From a virus, in the IMG/VR virus record IMGVR_UViG_3300000062_000468: DNA of 64,000 bases. One strand, written 5' to 3'. A program made the position numbers and the translations under genes. Below, one piece after another: positions 50,091 to 58,111 of this stretch. The notes beneath the pieces were generated by a model, which worked only from the letters and a program-made list of their open reading frames with translations, did not search any database and was not told the origin of the DNA. Positions within the stretch are counted from its first letter, which is position 1; the number at the start of each line of letters is the position of its first letter.

Positions 50091-51167
50091 ATGATTTTGA
50101 GTAGAAAATTAGCAAGTATTAGGACAATCACAGATGTGCTACCAATTGAAGGTAGAGACAGAATTGAGTTAGCAGCTATTGACGGGTGGCAAGTAATTGT
50201 AAAGAAAGATGAATTTCAAATTGGTGACAAGTGTATCTATTGTGAGATTGATTCAGTATTACCAGAGAAAGATGAGTTTGAATTTCTCAGAAGTAAAAAG
50301 TTCAGAATTCGCACAATGAAAATGGCGGGAGTTATTAGTCAAGGGATTTGTTTTCCAATGAGTATGTTACCAGAAGGCAAATATGAAGTTAATGATGATG
50401 TTACGAAGTTGATGGGCGTAACTCAATACACCGGAACAATGGACATTGAAACAGATGTAAATTTACATAAAGCTAAAAAGAGATACCCTAAATTTTTGAT
50501 GAGAATGGGTTGGTTTAGAAAATTAGTATTACCTAAAAAGCAAGCAAAAGGGTTTCCTAGTTTTGTATCAAAGACTGATGAAACAAGGATTCAAAACGCA
50601 CCGTTTTATTTAAAGAGCGAAAACGAATGGGTGGCTACCGAGAAGTTAGATGGACAGAGTGGTACATTTTTTGTTAAGAAGGTAAAAGGCTTATTTAAGA
50701 GCAAATACGATTTTGGTGTGTGTTCTCGAAACCTACGAAAATTTAAAGAAGATAACTCGTCGTTTTGGAGTGTGGCTAAAAGGTATGGCATTAAAGATAT
50801 CCTTCTTAATAGTGTAGGTTCTGATGATTTCCTCGCTATTCAAGGTGAATGTCTTGCGTCAAATGTACAAGGTAATAAGTACAAAGTTACAGAACCAGAC
50901 CTTTATGTATTCAATGTTATTACTCCGTCTGGGCGAATGGGGACGGAAGAAGCTAAAGCGTGGTGCGATGAGAATGGTTTGAAGTTTGTACCAATTCTTG
51001 ATACACGGTATGTTACCCCCAATAGCGTTTCTGAGATACTAGAGTACGCTCATGCAAAGAGTAAACTGTACGATACATTACGTGAAGGCGTTGTATTCAG
51101 AAGTAAAGACGGTAAGCAGAGCTTTAAAGCTGTCGATCCGTTATTCCTACTGAAGCATGATGAGTAA
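50091..51167 (+). CDS. ATP-dependent RNA ligase (Rnl2/DRB0094-like)
   Basis: Motif I TEKLDGQS, IQGE, LYVFNV, motif IV REGVV and motif V FKAV. Confidence 0.9.
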   Translation: MILSRKLASIRTITDVLPIEGRDRIELAAIDGWQVIVKKDEFQIGDKCIYCEIDSVLPEKDEFEFLRSKKFRIRTMKMAGVISQGICFPMSMLPEGKYEVNDDVTKLMGVTQYTGTMDIETDVNLHKAKKRYPKFLMRMGWFRKLVLPKKQAKGFPSFVSKTDETRIQNAPFYLKSENEWVATEKLDGQSGTFFVKKVKGLFKSKYDFGVCSRNLRKFKEDNSSFWSVAKRYGIKDILLNSVGSDDFLAIQGECLASNVQGNKYKVTEPDLYVFNVITPSGRMGTEEAKAWCDENGLKFVPILDTRYVTPNSVSEILEYAHAKSKLYDTLREGVVFRSKDGKQSFKAVDPLFLLKHDE

Positions 51168-51213
51168 GAGTGCCAACAGAAATCGTATTTTATTGGGTTA
51201 GAAAGGAGTTTAA

Positions 51214-51726
51214 TTGACAAAACAGCAAAATAAATTAGTAACAGACCATCACTATCTCATCGCTCAATGTATGAAGATATGTAAGATACCATTGAAGTAT
51301 AGAGACGACTATTATGGTGATGCTGCAATCGGATTGTGTGAGGCTGTGGTAAAGTTTGATGAGAGTAATGGAACTATTTTGAACTTCACTCAATACGCAA
51401 GAACTATAGTTATTAATAAAATAAAAATGGTATACAGAAAAGAGTTAAGTAAAAAAAGAGACATAATTAAAGTTGGACTTAGTGGGGCGCAGAATAAAAA
51501 AGATGAAAGCTTTGAGAATAATTTCAATTTTCGGTTGATATTTTTAGACTTTTCGCAACTACTATATATGAAGGAACAAATAATTGTAAAAATGATTTTA
51601 GAAGGATATACATATGCTGAGATTGGAAACGAACTAGGAATGTCCGGTCAGGCAATACATAAGAAAATTAAAAAGATACGAAGAAGATTAACCAGCACTA
51701 CTGATTTGGCGAGATGTGGTGTGTAG
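51214..51726 (+). CDS. Sigma70-family sigma factor-like protein
   Basis: Region 2 (DDYYGDAAIGLCEAVVKFD..FTQYA) and region 4 HTH (GYTYAEIGNELGMSGQAI). Confidence 0.8.
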   Translation: MTKQQNKLVTDHHYLIAQCMKICKIPLKYRDDYYGDAAIGLCEAVVKFDESNGTILNFTQYARTIVINKIKMVYRKELSKKRDIIKVGLSGAQNKKDESFENNFNFRLIFLDFSQLLYMKEQIIVKMILEGYTYAEIGNELGMSGQAIHKKIKKIRRRLTSTTDLARCGV

Positions 51727-51820
51727 ACAAACGAATAGACTAATAAATTTCCAAAAAGAGAAAAACAATTGAATTAAAGAAAACCAAATACCTGTTTTAT
51801 CTGGCATTAAAGGAGGGAAA

Positions 51821-52561
51821 ATTATAGAAAATTTACAAATTTTTAATGAACAAAGAGTGTTAGAAAAAGATTTTAAAATTTATGGAACAATTGAAGAGCC
51901 ATTATTTTTGGCAAAAGATGTGGCAAATTGGATTGAACACAACAAGCCTTCTGAACTGACTCGACTAGTTGATGATGACGAAAAGCTGGAGGCGATAGTA
52001 TCGCACTCAGGTCAGAATCGTAAAATGTGGTTTCTTACTGAAGATGGATTGTACGAAGTCTTAATGCAATCAAGAAAACCAATTGCCAAATTATTTAAAA
52101 CGGAAGTAAAGAAAATTTTAAAGAGTGTTAGAAAGAATGGTGGGTATATCGCAAATCAAGAAAATCTTACAGATATTGAAATTCTCGCCAAAGCAGTTTT
52201 AGTTGCACAAAATGTAATTGCTGAAAAGGATAAGCAAATTGAAGAAATGACACCTAAAGCAGCATTTGCAGATCAAGTATCCGATTCTAAAGATGCAATT
52301 GATATTGGCAGTTTTGCAAAAGTAGTTAAAGACGAACATATTAACATAGGAAGAAACAAGTTATTTGATTGGTTGCGAAACAAGGGATTTCTGATGAATA
52401 ATAACGTTCCATATCAACGATACATAGATAATAATTGGTTTAAGGTTATAGAACTCACAAAGGATACTTGTTATGGAGTGAAATGTTTTACTAAAACACT
52501 CATTACGGGTAGAGGACAAATTAATATTGTAGAGAAGTTGAGAGCAGAAATCGGAAACTAG
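51821..52561 (+). CDS. Bro-N + ANT/KilA-C antirepressor; probable ATT/ATA start
   Basis: PLFLAKDVA, FLTEDGLYEVLMQSRKPIAK and IGRNKLFDWLR. AGGAGG RBS at 51811. Confidence 0.85.
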   Translation: MIENLQIFNEQRVLEKDFKIYGTIEEPLFLAKDVANWIEHNKPSELTRLVDDDEKLEAIVSHSGQNRKMWFLTEDGLYEVLMQSRKPIAKLFKTEVKKILKSVRKNGGYIANQENLTDIEILAKAVLVAQNVIAEKDKQIEEMTPKAAFADQVSDSKDAIDIGSFAKVVKDEHINIGRNKLFDWLRNKGFLMNNNVPYQRYIDNNWFKVIELTKDTCYGVKCFTKTLITGRGQINIVEKLRAEIGN

Positions 52562-52572
52562 AAGGGGTAAGA

Positions 52573-52986
52573 ATGGAAGTAGAAACTAAGACAATGTATG
52601 TAACCGAAGACGGTTCGCTGTTCGAAGATGAGGAAGATTACTTAGACTATGAGGATTATATTAGTAAGCAGAAAGAGTTGAGAGAACGAGAAGTCAGGTT
52701 TATGGATATTGTGAAATTTACTAATGATTATCAGTACTATAAAGTATATTCAAAAGAAGATTTTGAGCATGTCTATGCATTATATACAGAAGTGTATGCA
52801 GACTATTATCCAGCAATACAACAAGAGTATCCCGAATCGTATCCAGCTGTGATAGCGTGCATTACATATGAAGATGAAAATTTTGATAGTATGCCATGGT
52901 GTGATGTCGAAGTAGAAATACTAGGCAATCTGAAAAAGACCGTTTTGGAAATAGAAACAGAGTTAGAAAATCCTATAAATGATTAG
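52573..52986 (+). CDS. Acidic hypothetical protein
   Basis: 137 aa, AAGGGG RBS. Confidence 0.7.
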   Translation: MEVETKTMYVTEDGSLFEDEEDYLDYEDYISKQKELREREVRFMDIVKFTNDYQYYKVYSKEDFEHVYALYTEVYADYYPAIQQEYPESYPAVIACITYEDENFDSMPWCDVEVEILGNLKKTVLEIETELENPIND

Positions 52987-53009
52987 TTTGATGGTGATAA
53001 GAAAGGATA

Positions 53010-53633
53010 ATGAAAATTATGACAAACATTGAGATAGTAAATAATGCAACAAATATTAAAGTGACGACAGAAGATACAAGAGATGGGAAACGTGTAATTA
53101 TTGAAACTGCACCAGACCAAGTGAAATTAGAAGATATTAAATTGGGTGGAGCATTTCAAGTTGGAAGATTTGTGTTTGTAAAAACTAAAGACGGATACGT
53201 TTTAAGAAATCTTTTGAATGATGGAAAAAAATATAAATTTGGCGATAATAACAATTATGCAGAGAGTGATGTTCGTGAAATGTTGAATGGAGAATTTTAT
53301 AGAGAGTTGGCTGGCATTGTTGGAATTGAAAATATTATTGAACATGAAGTTGATTTAATGTCGTTAGACGGATTAAAAGATTACGGAAAATGTAGAGATA
53401 AGGTAAGTTTACTAACACTAAGAATGTATCAAGATAACAGAGAATATATTCCTCTAGTAGATGATTGGTATTGGTTAGCTACTGGAAATTCGACACCTTC
53501 AGGTTATCCTACTCACTGTGTTCTGTGCGTCGGCTCCAATGGTGACGTGGACTGCGACGACTGTAGCTACTCCGGGGGCGTGCGTCCGTTTTGTATCTTT
53601 AAACCTTCAATCTTCGTATCTCCAGTAAACTAG
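53010..53633 (+). CDS. DGR cassette target protein, C-terminal CLec-like (DUF6273-like) domain
   Basis: NNYAESDVR..DLMSLDG..WYWLAT..GGVRPFCIFK; contains VR1. Confidence 0.9.
   Translation: MKIMTNIEIVNNATNIKVTTEDTRDGKRVIIETAPDQVKLEDIKLGGAFQVGRFVFVKTKDGYVLRNLLNDGKKYKFGDNNNYAESDVREMLNGEFYRELAGIVGIENIIEHEVDLMSLDGLKDYGKCRDKVSLLTLRMYQDNREYIPLVDDWYWLATGNSTPSGYPTHCVLCVGSNGDVDCDDCSYSGGVRPFCIFKPSIFVSPVN
53511..53593 (+). repeat. DGR variable repeat VR1
   Basis: Gapless match to the TR with 14 mismatches, all at TR adenines, plus one C>T at the 3' divergence point. Confidence 0.95.
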
Positions 53634-53708
53634 AGACAAACTAACAAAGTAAATGGGTGCGTAAGCACCCTGACAACCCCAAAAGCGACTGAAAGGAGCT
53701 GACACATA

Positions 53709-54074
53709 TTGTCTGGAATAATGGAAGTAACTATTAAATCTGTTGAGTTAATGGAATACACAATGACAATTACATCAAACAGAAAACGTTATCCAGCTAA
53801 ACATTTAATGTTAGTGAAACGTATTCAGGCAAAAAGTTTCGATATTTATGAATACCTTTTAGAAGCGAATAGGTTACAGTTATCTACATCAAAAGTAGAA
53901 AGAAATGAATTGCAAACTAAAGCAGTTGTAAGTTGTGACAAATTATCTTGTTATGTAGAGCTATCAATGAAGCTTAAATTGGTTGGAAGCAATACTGTAG
54001 AAAAATGGCAAAAGAAGATTAATGATGTTAAATATATGACGCTTGCGTGGAGAAGAACAGATAAAGATAGATAA
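53709..54074 (+). CDS. avd: DGR accessory variability determinant (four-helix bundle)
   Basis: 121-aa basic helical protein between target and TR; RYPAK..LVKRIQ..ANR pattern. Confidence 0.85.
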   Translation: MSGIMEVTIKSVELMEYTMTITSNRKRYPAKHLMLVKRIQAKSFDIYEYLLEANRLQLSTSKVERNELQTKAVVSCDKLSCYVELSMKLKLVGSNTVEKWQKKINDVKYMTLAWRRTDKDR

Positions 54075-54097
54075 TATATTAGGTTGTTTGCTGTATG

Positions 54098-54180
54098 ACT
54101 CACTATGTTCAGTACGTCAACTCCAATGGTAACGTGAACTACGACAACTGTAACTACTCCAAAAGCGTGCGTCCGTTCTG
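54098..54180 (+). repeat. DGR template repeat (TR)
   Basis: AAC-rich 83-nt copy with 24 adenines, between avd and RT. Confidence 0.95.
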
Positions 54181-54299
54181 AGCTGGAAGACGAAACAAAG
54201 TAGGAGAAACACCGAAATTAGAGTCCCAGCAGCAAAAGAGCAAACAACCTTTCTTGATGATGAATAAGCGTCAGGATAAATACAAAGGATTTAATTATT

Positions 54300-55337
54300 A
54301 TGACAGAAGATAATCAAAGTGATTTTGAAAAAGTAACAGATTTTTCTAATTTATATAAAGCATATAAGAAGTCTAAACTAGGGAAAGGTTACAGTAAAAG
54401 CAGTATGAAGTTTCAAGTGTCTGCGCTTGATGGGATATATCAGATAAAGCGAAGACTAGAAACGAAACAATACATAGTGTCAAAGTATAACGAGTTCAAG
54501 ATATATGAACCAAAAGAGCGAATTATAAAAGCGTGTTCGTTTCAAGACAAGATAATTCAACATAGTCTTTGTGACAATGTGCTAATGCCTTTATTTAAAG
54601 ATGAATTTATCTTAGATAATTACGCCGGACAAATCGGCAAGGGAACATTATTTGGACTTGACCGCTTATCAGAACAGATGAGTTTAGCGTACAAAGAGTT
54701 TGGAATGAACTGTTGGATTTTAAAAGCTGATGTACGGAAGTTCTTTTACAATATTAATCATGACATCTTAAAGAAAATCGTGAAGAAACATGTGAAAGAT
54801 GAAGACGTATATTGGTTGTGTGAAAAGTTTATTGATAGTACCGATGGATTAGGATTGCCATTAGGAAATCAGATTAGTCAATTATTTGCTTTATTATATC
54901 TTTCGGGAATGGATCATTTCATCACAGAAGATTTGGGTATTAAATATTATGGGCGATACATGGATGATTTCTGCTTGATACACGAGGACAAGAATCATTT
55001 AAAACACTGTTTAGCTGAAATAAACAATGTGGTTAGTAAACTCGAATTAGAGCTAAATGAGAAAACTCAAATTATGCCGTTTAAAAATGGAATTAAGTTT
55101 TGTGGTTTTCATACATATGTTACCAGTGATGGTAAAGTGATTAGAAAATTGAAGAATGAAAACAAGCGTGCTGCTAAGAAAAAATATAAAAGAATGGCAC
55201 GGTTGATTAAACAAGGTAAGCTGAGTAGAGAAAAGTTTGATGAGTCATATGGTGCGTGGAAGAACCATATTTCACATGGGAATTGTGTGAAGCTCGGTGT
55301 TGAGATGGATAGGTATATTGCAGAGTTATTTGAGTGA
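54300..55337 (+). CDS. DGR reverse transcriptase
   Basis: FSNLYKAY, KERII..FQDKIIQH, KADVRKFF, GLPLGNQISQ (DGR LGxxxSQ signature), YMDD and FCG. Confidence 0.95.
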   Translation: MTEDNQSDFEKVTDFSNLYKAYKKSKLGKGYSKSSMKFQVSALDGIYQIKRRLETKQYIVSKYNEFKIYEPKERIIKACSFQDKIIQHSLCDNVLMPLFKDEFILDNYAGQIGKGTLFGLDRLSEQMSLAYKEFGMNCWILKADVRKFFYNINHDILKKIVKKHVKDEDVYWLCEKFIDSTDGLGLPLGNQISQLFALLYLSGMDHFITEDLGIKYYGRYMDDFCLIHEDKNHLKHCLAEINNVVSKLELELNEKTQIMPFKNGIKFCGFHTYVTSDGKVIRKLKNENKRAAKKKYKRMARLIKQGKLSREKFDESYGAWKNHISHGNCVKLGVEMDRYIAELFE

Positions 55338-55340
55338 AAT

Positions 55341-55473
55341 TGTGCGGTGGTGGAAAGAGTAGACACAGCCGAAAGTGAATAGGTGGGATGGTATTTCTGT
55401 TCGAGCCAGACAAGTAATTTCACATTGGGAAAAGCCAACCAATACTATGAGGTTTGAATCCTCATCCGCACAA
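55341..55473 (+). ncRNA. tRNA-like RNA with a branched insert in place of the anticodon arm
   Basis: Acceptor TGTGCGG/CCGCACA, D-arm GTG-GAAAGAGTAGA-CAC, T-arm ATGAGG-TTTGAAT-CCTCAT, and an insert of about 80 nt. Confidence 0.55.
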
Positions 55474-55496
55474 TATAAGATAAAAGAATTGTTTAG

Positions 55497-55799
55497 TTGG
55501 CGCTTCAGGAGGTGATGATTATGAAATGGAAAAAAGAGGAGAACTGCTGTTATAGTCTGTATCGGGTGGATGAAGCAGACAACTTTGCAACACTTATTAT
55601 AAATCGAAACAATGGTAAATTAACAGAAGTGTCGTTAGATTGGACGGAAACTTATTTGGGTAATTATCGTACCATTGATAATGCAGAAGATAAAACGGAT
55701 GCGGATTTATTAAGGGCGGCAACAAACATAATTGTAGAATATTTAAAAGAAGAGGTGAATTATAATCTTAAGATACTAAAAGAAATTGTATCTTCGTAA
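55497..55799 (+). CDS. Hypothetical protein (true start probably MKWKK)
   Basis: GGAGGTG RBS. Confidence 0.65.
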   Translation: MALQEVMIMKWKKEENCCYSLYRVDEADNFATLIINRNNGKLTEVSLDWTETYLGNYRTIDNAEDKTDADLLRAATNIIVEYLKEEVNYNLKILKEIVSS

Positions 55800-55828
55800 A
55801 GTGAATCGTTTATTAATGCATATTGAAT

Positions 55829-55942
55829 TTGGTGGTGTGAGGTACACAGGTGGTGGGTTCGACTCCTACACAGCTCTAGCGAATAGTGCTGTAACCGTGG
55901 TGGAAAGTAAGAGGTTGCTGGTTTAACTCCAGTCGCCACCAA
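55829..55942 (+). ncRNA. tRNA-like RNA with two T-loop hairpins
   Basis: Closing stem TTGGTGG/CCACCAA; hairpins GTGGG-TTCGACT-CCTAC and GCTGG-TTTAACT-CCAGT. Confidence 0.5.
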
Positions 55943-56087
55943 CAACAAAGATTCGTAATAGCATAAGCTATTGACATATATTTGACTTTTCCTTTCTTTG
56001 ATTTGGGCGGTGAGTGAAACATCTCACTGCCAATTCCACTAAGGGATAAGCGAGAAAGAGAGTGAATACATAAAGAGGTAAATTAAG

Positions 56088-56702
56088 ATGTTAGAAAAGA
56101 TTACAGAAAAAATACAATTATTACCAAAAAAACCAAACGATGGAGAAGTATTATGTGAGCGTTGTGGCGGTATCGGTTATTTAATTAATAAAGAATACGG
56201 ATACATAGAGCATTGTGGAGAGTGTTATGGAACAGGCTCTAAGCCAGTATGTGAAATTTGTGGACAGCCTAAATGGGGTATGTGTAAAAATCGTAAATGT
56301 CGTGTTGAAATTGATAGACGAAATGAACAAAGGCTATTAGATAAAGCGACTAAATGTGAGATTGAAGAAGTTTCTAGTGAATTTACAGAGATGTTCTATT
56401 CTGAAAGTTATGGGGGTGAAGGATTTTTCACCGAAATTGAAGAACTTGTAGAATATTGTGAGGACGAAGATATTACTATACCAGACTATGTGTGGGTTAC
56501 ACAAAAAGTAGAATTGTCGCTAGATGCATATGGTATTTTGGAAAGTACATGTGAGGAATTACACGAAGATGCTCTTAGTAATCTGACGAATATTAATGGT
56601 CTACAAGAATTGCTAGATAAGTGGGTAGATACACAAGGCGGTCAAAGCACTTATTACCCATACTACAAATATGCAATTAAGGTGCATAAGGAAGCCAAAT
56701 AG
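56088..56702 (+). CDS. DnaJ-type zinc-finger protein
   Basis: CERCGGIG, CGECYGTG and CEICG..C. Confidence 0.75.
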   Translation: MLEKITEKIQLLPKKPNDGEVLCERCGGIGYLINKEYGYIEHCGECYGTGSKPVCEICGQPKWGMCKNRKCRVEIDRRNEQRLLDKATKCEIEEVSSEFTEMFYSESYGGEGFFTEIEELVEYCEDEDITIPDYVWVTQKVELSLDAYGILESTCEELHEDALSNLTNINGLQELLDKWVDTQGGQSTYYPYYKYAIKVHKEAK

Positions 56703-56755
56703 TAATTCTATAGGTGATTTGTAGAAAACAAGACAAAAAGTAGAAGGAGAATAAT

Positions 56756-57295
56756 ATGAACAAAGATAAAATTTTAGTAGTGGTAGATATGCAAAATGAT
56801 TTTATTACAGGGTCATTAGGTACACCAGAGGCACAAGCAATAGTACCTAAAGTGGTAGATAAAATCAGAGAATGGGATAGCGTGATTTTGGCGACTATGG
56901 ACACTCATGGTGCAGACTATTTGGATACACAAGAAGGTAAGAACTTGCCGGTTGAACATTGTATGCATCGTACAGAAGGGCAATTCATAGTTGAGGAAGT
57001 ATCTGATTTACTGTGGGATAAAACCCAAATATTCCCAAAGAATACATTTGGTAGCGTGAATTTGGCATGTGGTATTAATGATTTATATAAAGAAGGATAT
57101 GTAGAAGTGGTGTTGATTGGCGTATGTACGGATATTTGTGTGATTTCAAACGCCCTTCTAATCAAAGCATTTTGTCCTGAAATCAAGATTACCGTAGATG
57201 CAACTTGTTGTGCCGGTGTAACACCAGATAGTCATAAGAATGCGTTAGAAGCAATGAAGATGTGTCAGATTAATATAGTGGGAGAAGATGAGTAG
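56756..57295 (+). CDS. pncA: Nicotinamidase (isochorismatase family)
   Basis: VVDMQNDF, DTH, HC, K in FPKNTF, and catalytic C in GVCTDICV. Confidence 0.9.
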   Translation: MNKDKILVVVDMQNDFITGSLGTPEAQAIVPKVVDKIREWDSVILATMDTHGADYLDTQEGKNLPVEHCMHRTEGQFIVEEVSDLLWDKTQIFPKNTFGSVNLACGINDLYKEGYVEVVLIGVCTDICVISNALLIKAFCPEIKITVDATCCAGVTPDSHKNALEAMKMCQINIVGEDE

Positions 57296-58111
57296 ATGAT
57301 TAAAATTAACAACGAGAAGTTAGAAGTAAATAAGTTTCCCGATGGGACATTTCGCTTAAACTATTTGACTGATACAGAGGGTTATAAAATTGAATGGATT
57401 TACGAAGACGATTCGGAAGCAATGTTATTGTATTACCTTGTTAACCACATAAGAGAAAATGTCTATGATTCTATAATCGGTTTGAATATGAAATATTGCA
57501 GCAATGCACGAATGGACAGAACACAACAAGATGAAGAAGTGTTCACTTTAAAATGGTTTTCTAAATTTATAAACAGTATGAAATTTGACTCAGTTACAAT
57601 AGAAGATCCGCATTCAAATGTAGTGCCAGCACTATTAGATAATGTTCATGTTACATATGACTTTCAAAATGCTGTGGAAGAAGAAATGAAAAAAGATGCT
57701 AACAATACAGTATTATTCTTTCCTGATAATGGTGCGGCATCTAAATATACAAGGTTTTACACACACCCCTATGCTTATGGGTTAAAACATAGAGACTGGA
57801 AGACAGGTGAAATTCAGGGGTTAGAGGTTGTTACTAATGGATTAGACATGAAAAATAAAAAAGTAATAATTGTAGATGACATATCAAGTTACGGAACAAC
57901 CTTTTTATACTCAGCAAAAGCATTAAAAGAACTAGGAGTTGGAGATATTACATTATGTGTAACTCACTGTGAGAATAGTGTACTAGATGGCGAAATGATT
58001 AAAAGTGATTTAATCAGCAAAATTATTACGACTGACTCTATCTTTACAGGGGAACATGACAAGATTGAAGTGAAAAGATGGTATAGAGGAGAAAAGAATG
58101 AAGAGAACTAA
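57296..58111 (+). CDS. PRPP-synthetase-like enzyme (Adps-like)
   Basis: FPDGT, ARMDR, DPHS, FPDNGA, KHRD and IVDDISSYGTTF. Confidence 0.85.
   Translation: MIKINNEKLEVNKFPDGTFRLNYLTDTEGYKIEWIYEDDSEAMLLYYLVNHIRENVYDSIIGLNMKYCSNARMDRTQQDEEVFTLKWFSKFINSMKFDSVTIEDPHSNVVPALLDNVHVTYDFQNAVEEEMKKDANNTVLFFPDNGAASKYTRFYTHPYAYGLKHRDWKTGEIQGLEVVTNGLDMKNKKVIIVDDISSYGTTFLYSAKALKELGVGDITLCVTHCENSVLDGEMIKSDLISKIITTDSIFTGEHDKIEVKRWYRGEKNEEN

Noticed and set aside
54300-55337. RT as a retron, group II intron or Abi RT
   Set aside because: The LGxxxSQ signature, adjacent avd and adenine-specific TR/VR pairs identify a DGR. There is no maturase or endonuclease domain and no retron VTG motif.
55341-55473. tRNA-like element as tmRNA or tRNA-Sec
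   Set aside because: It is too short for tmRNA and has no tag ORF. It has no TCA anticodon loop or Sec-type arm geometry.
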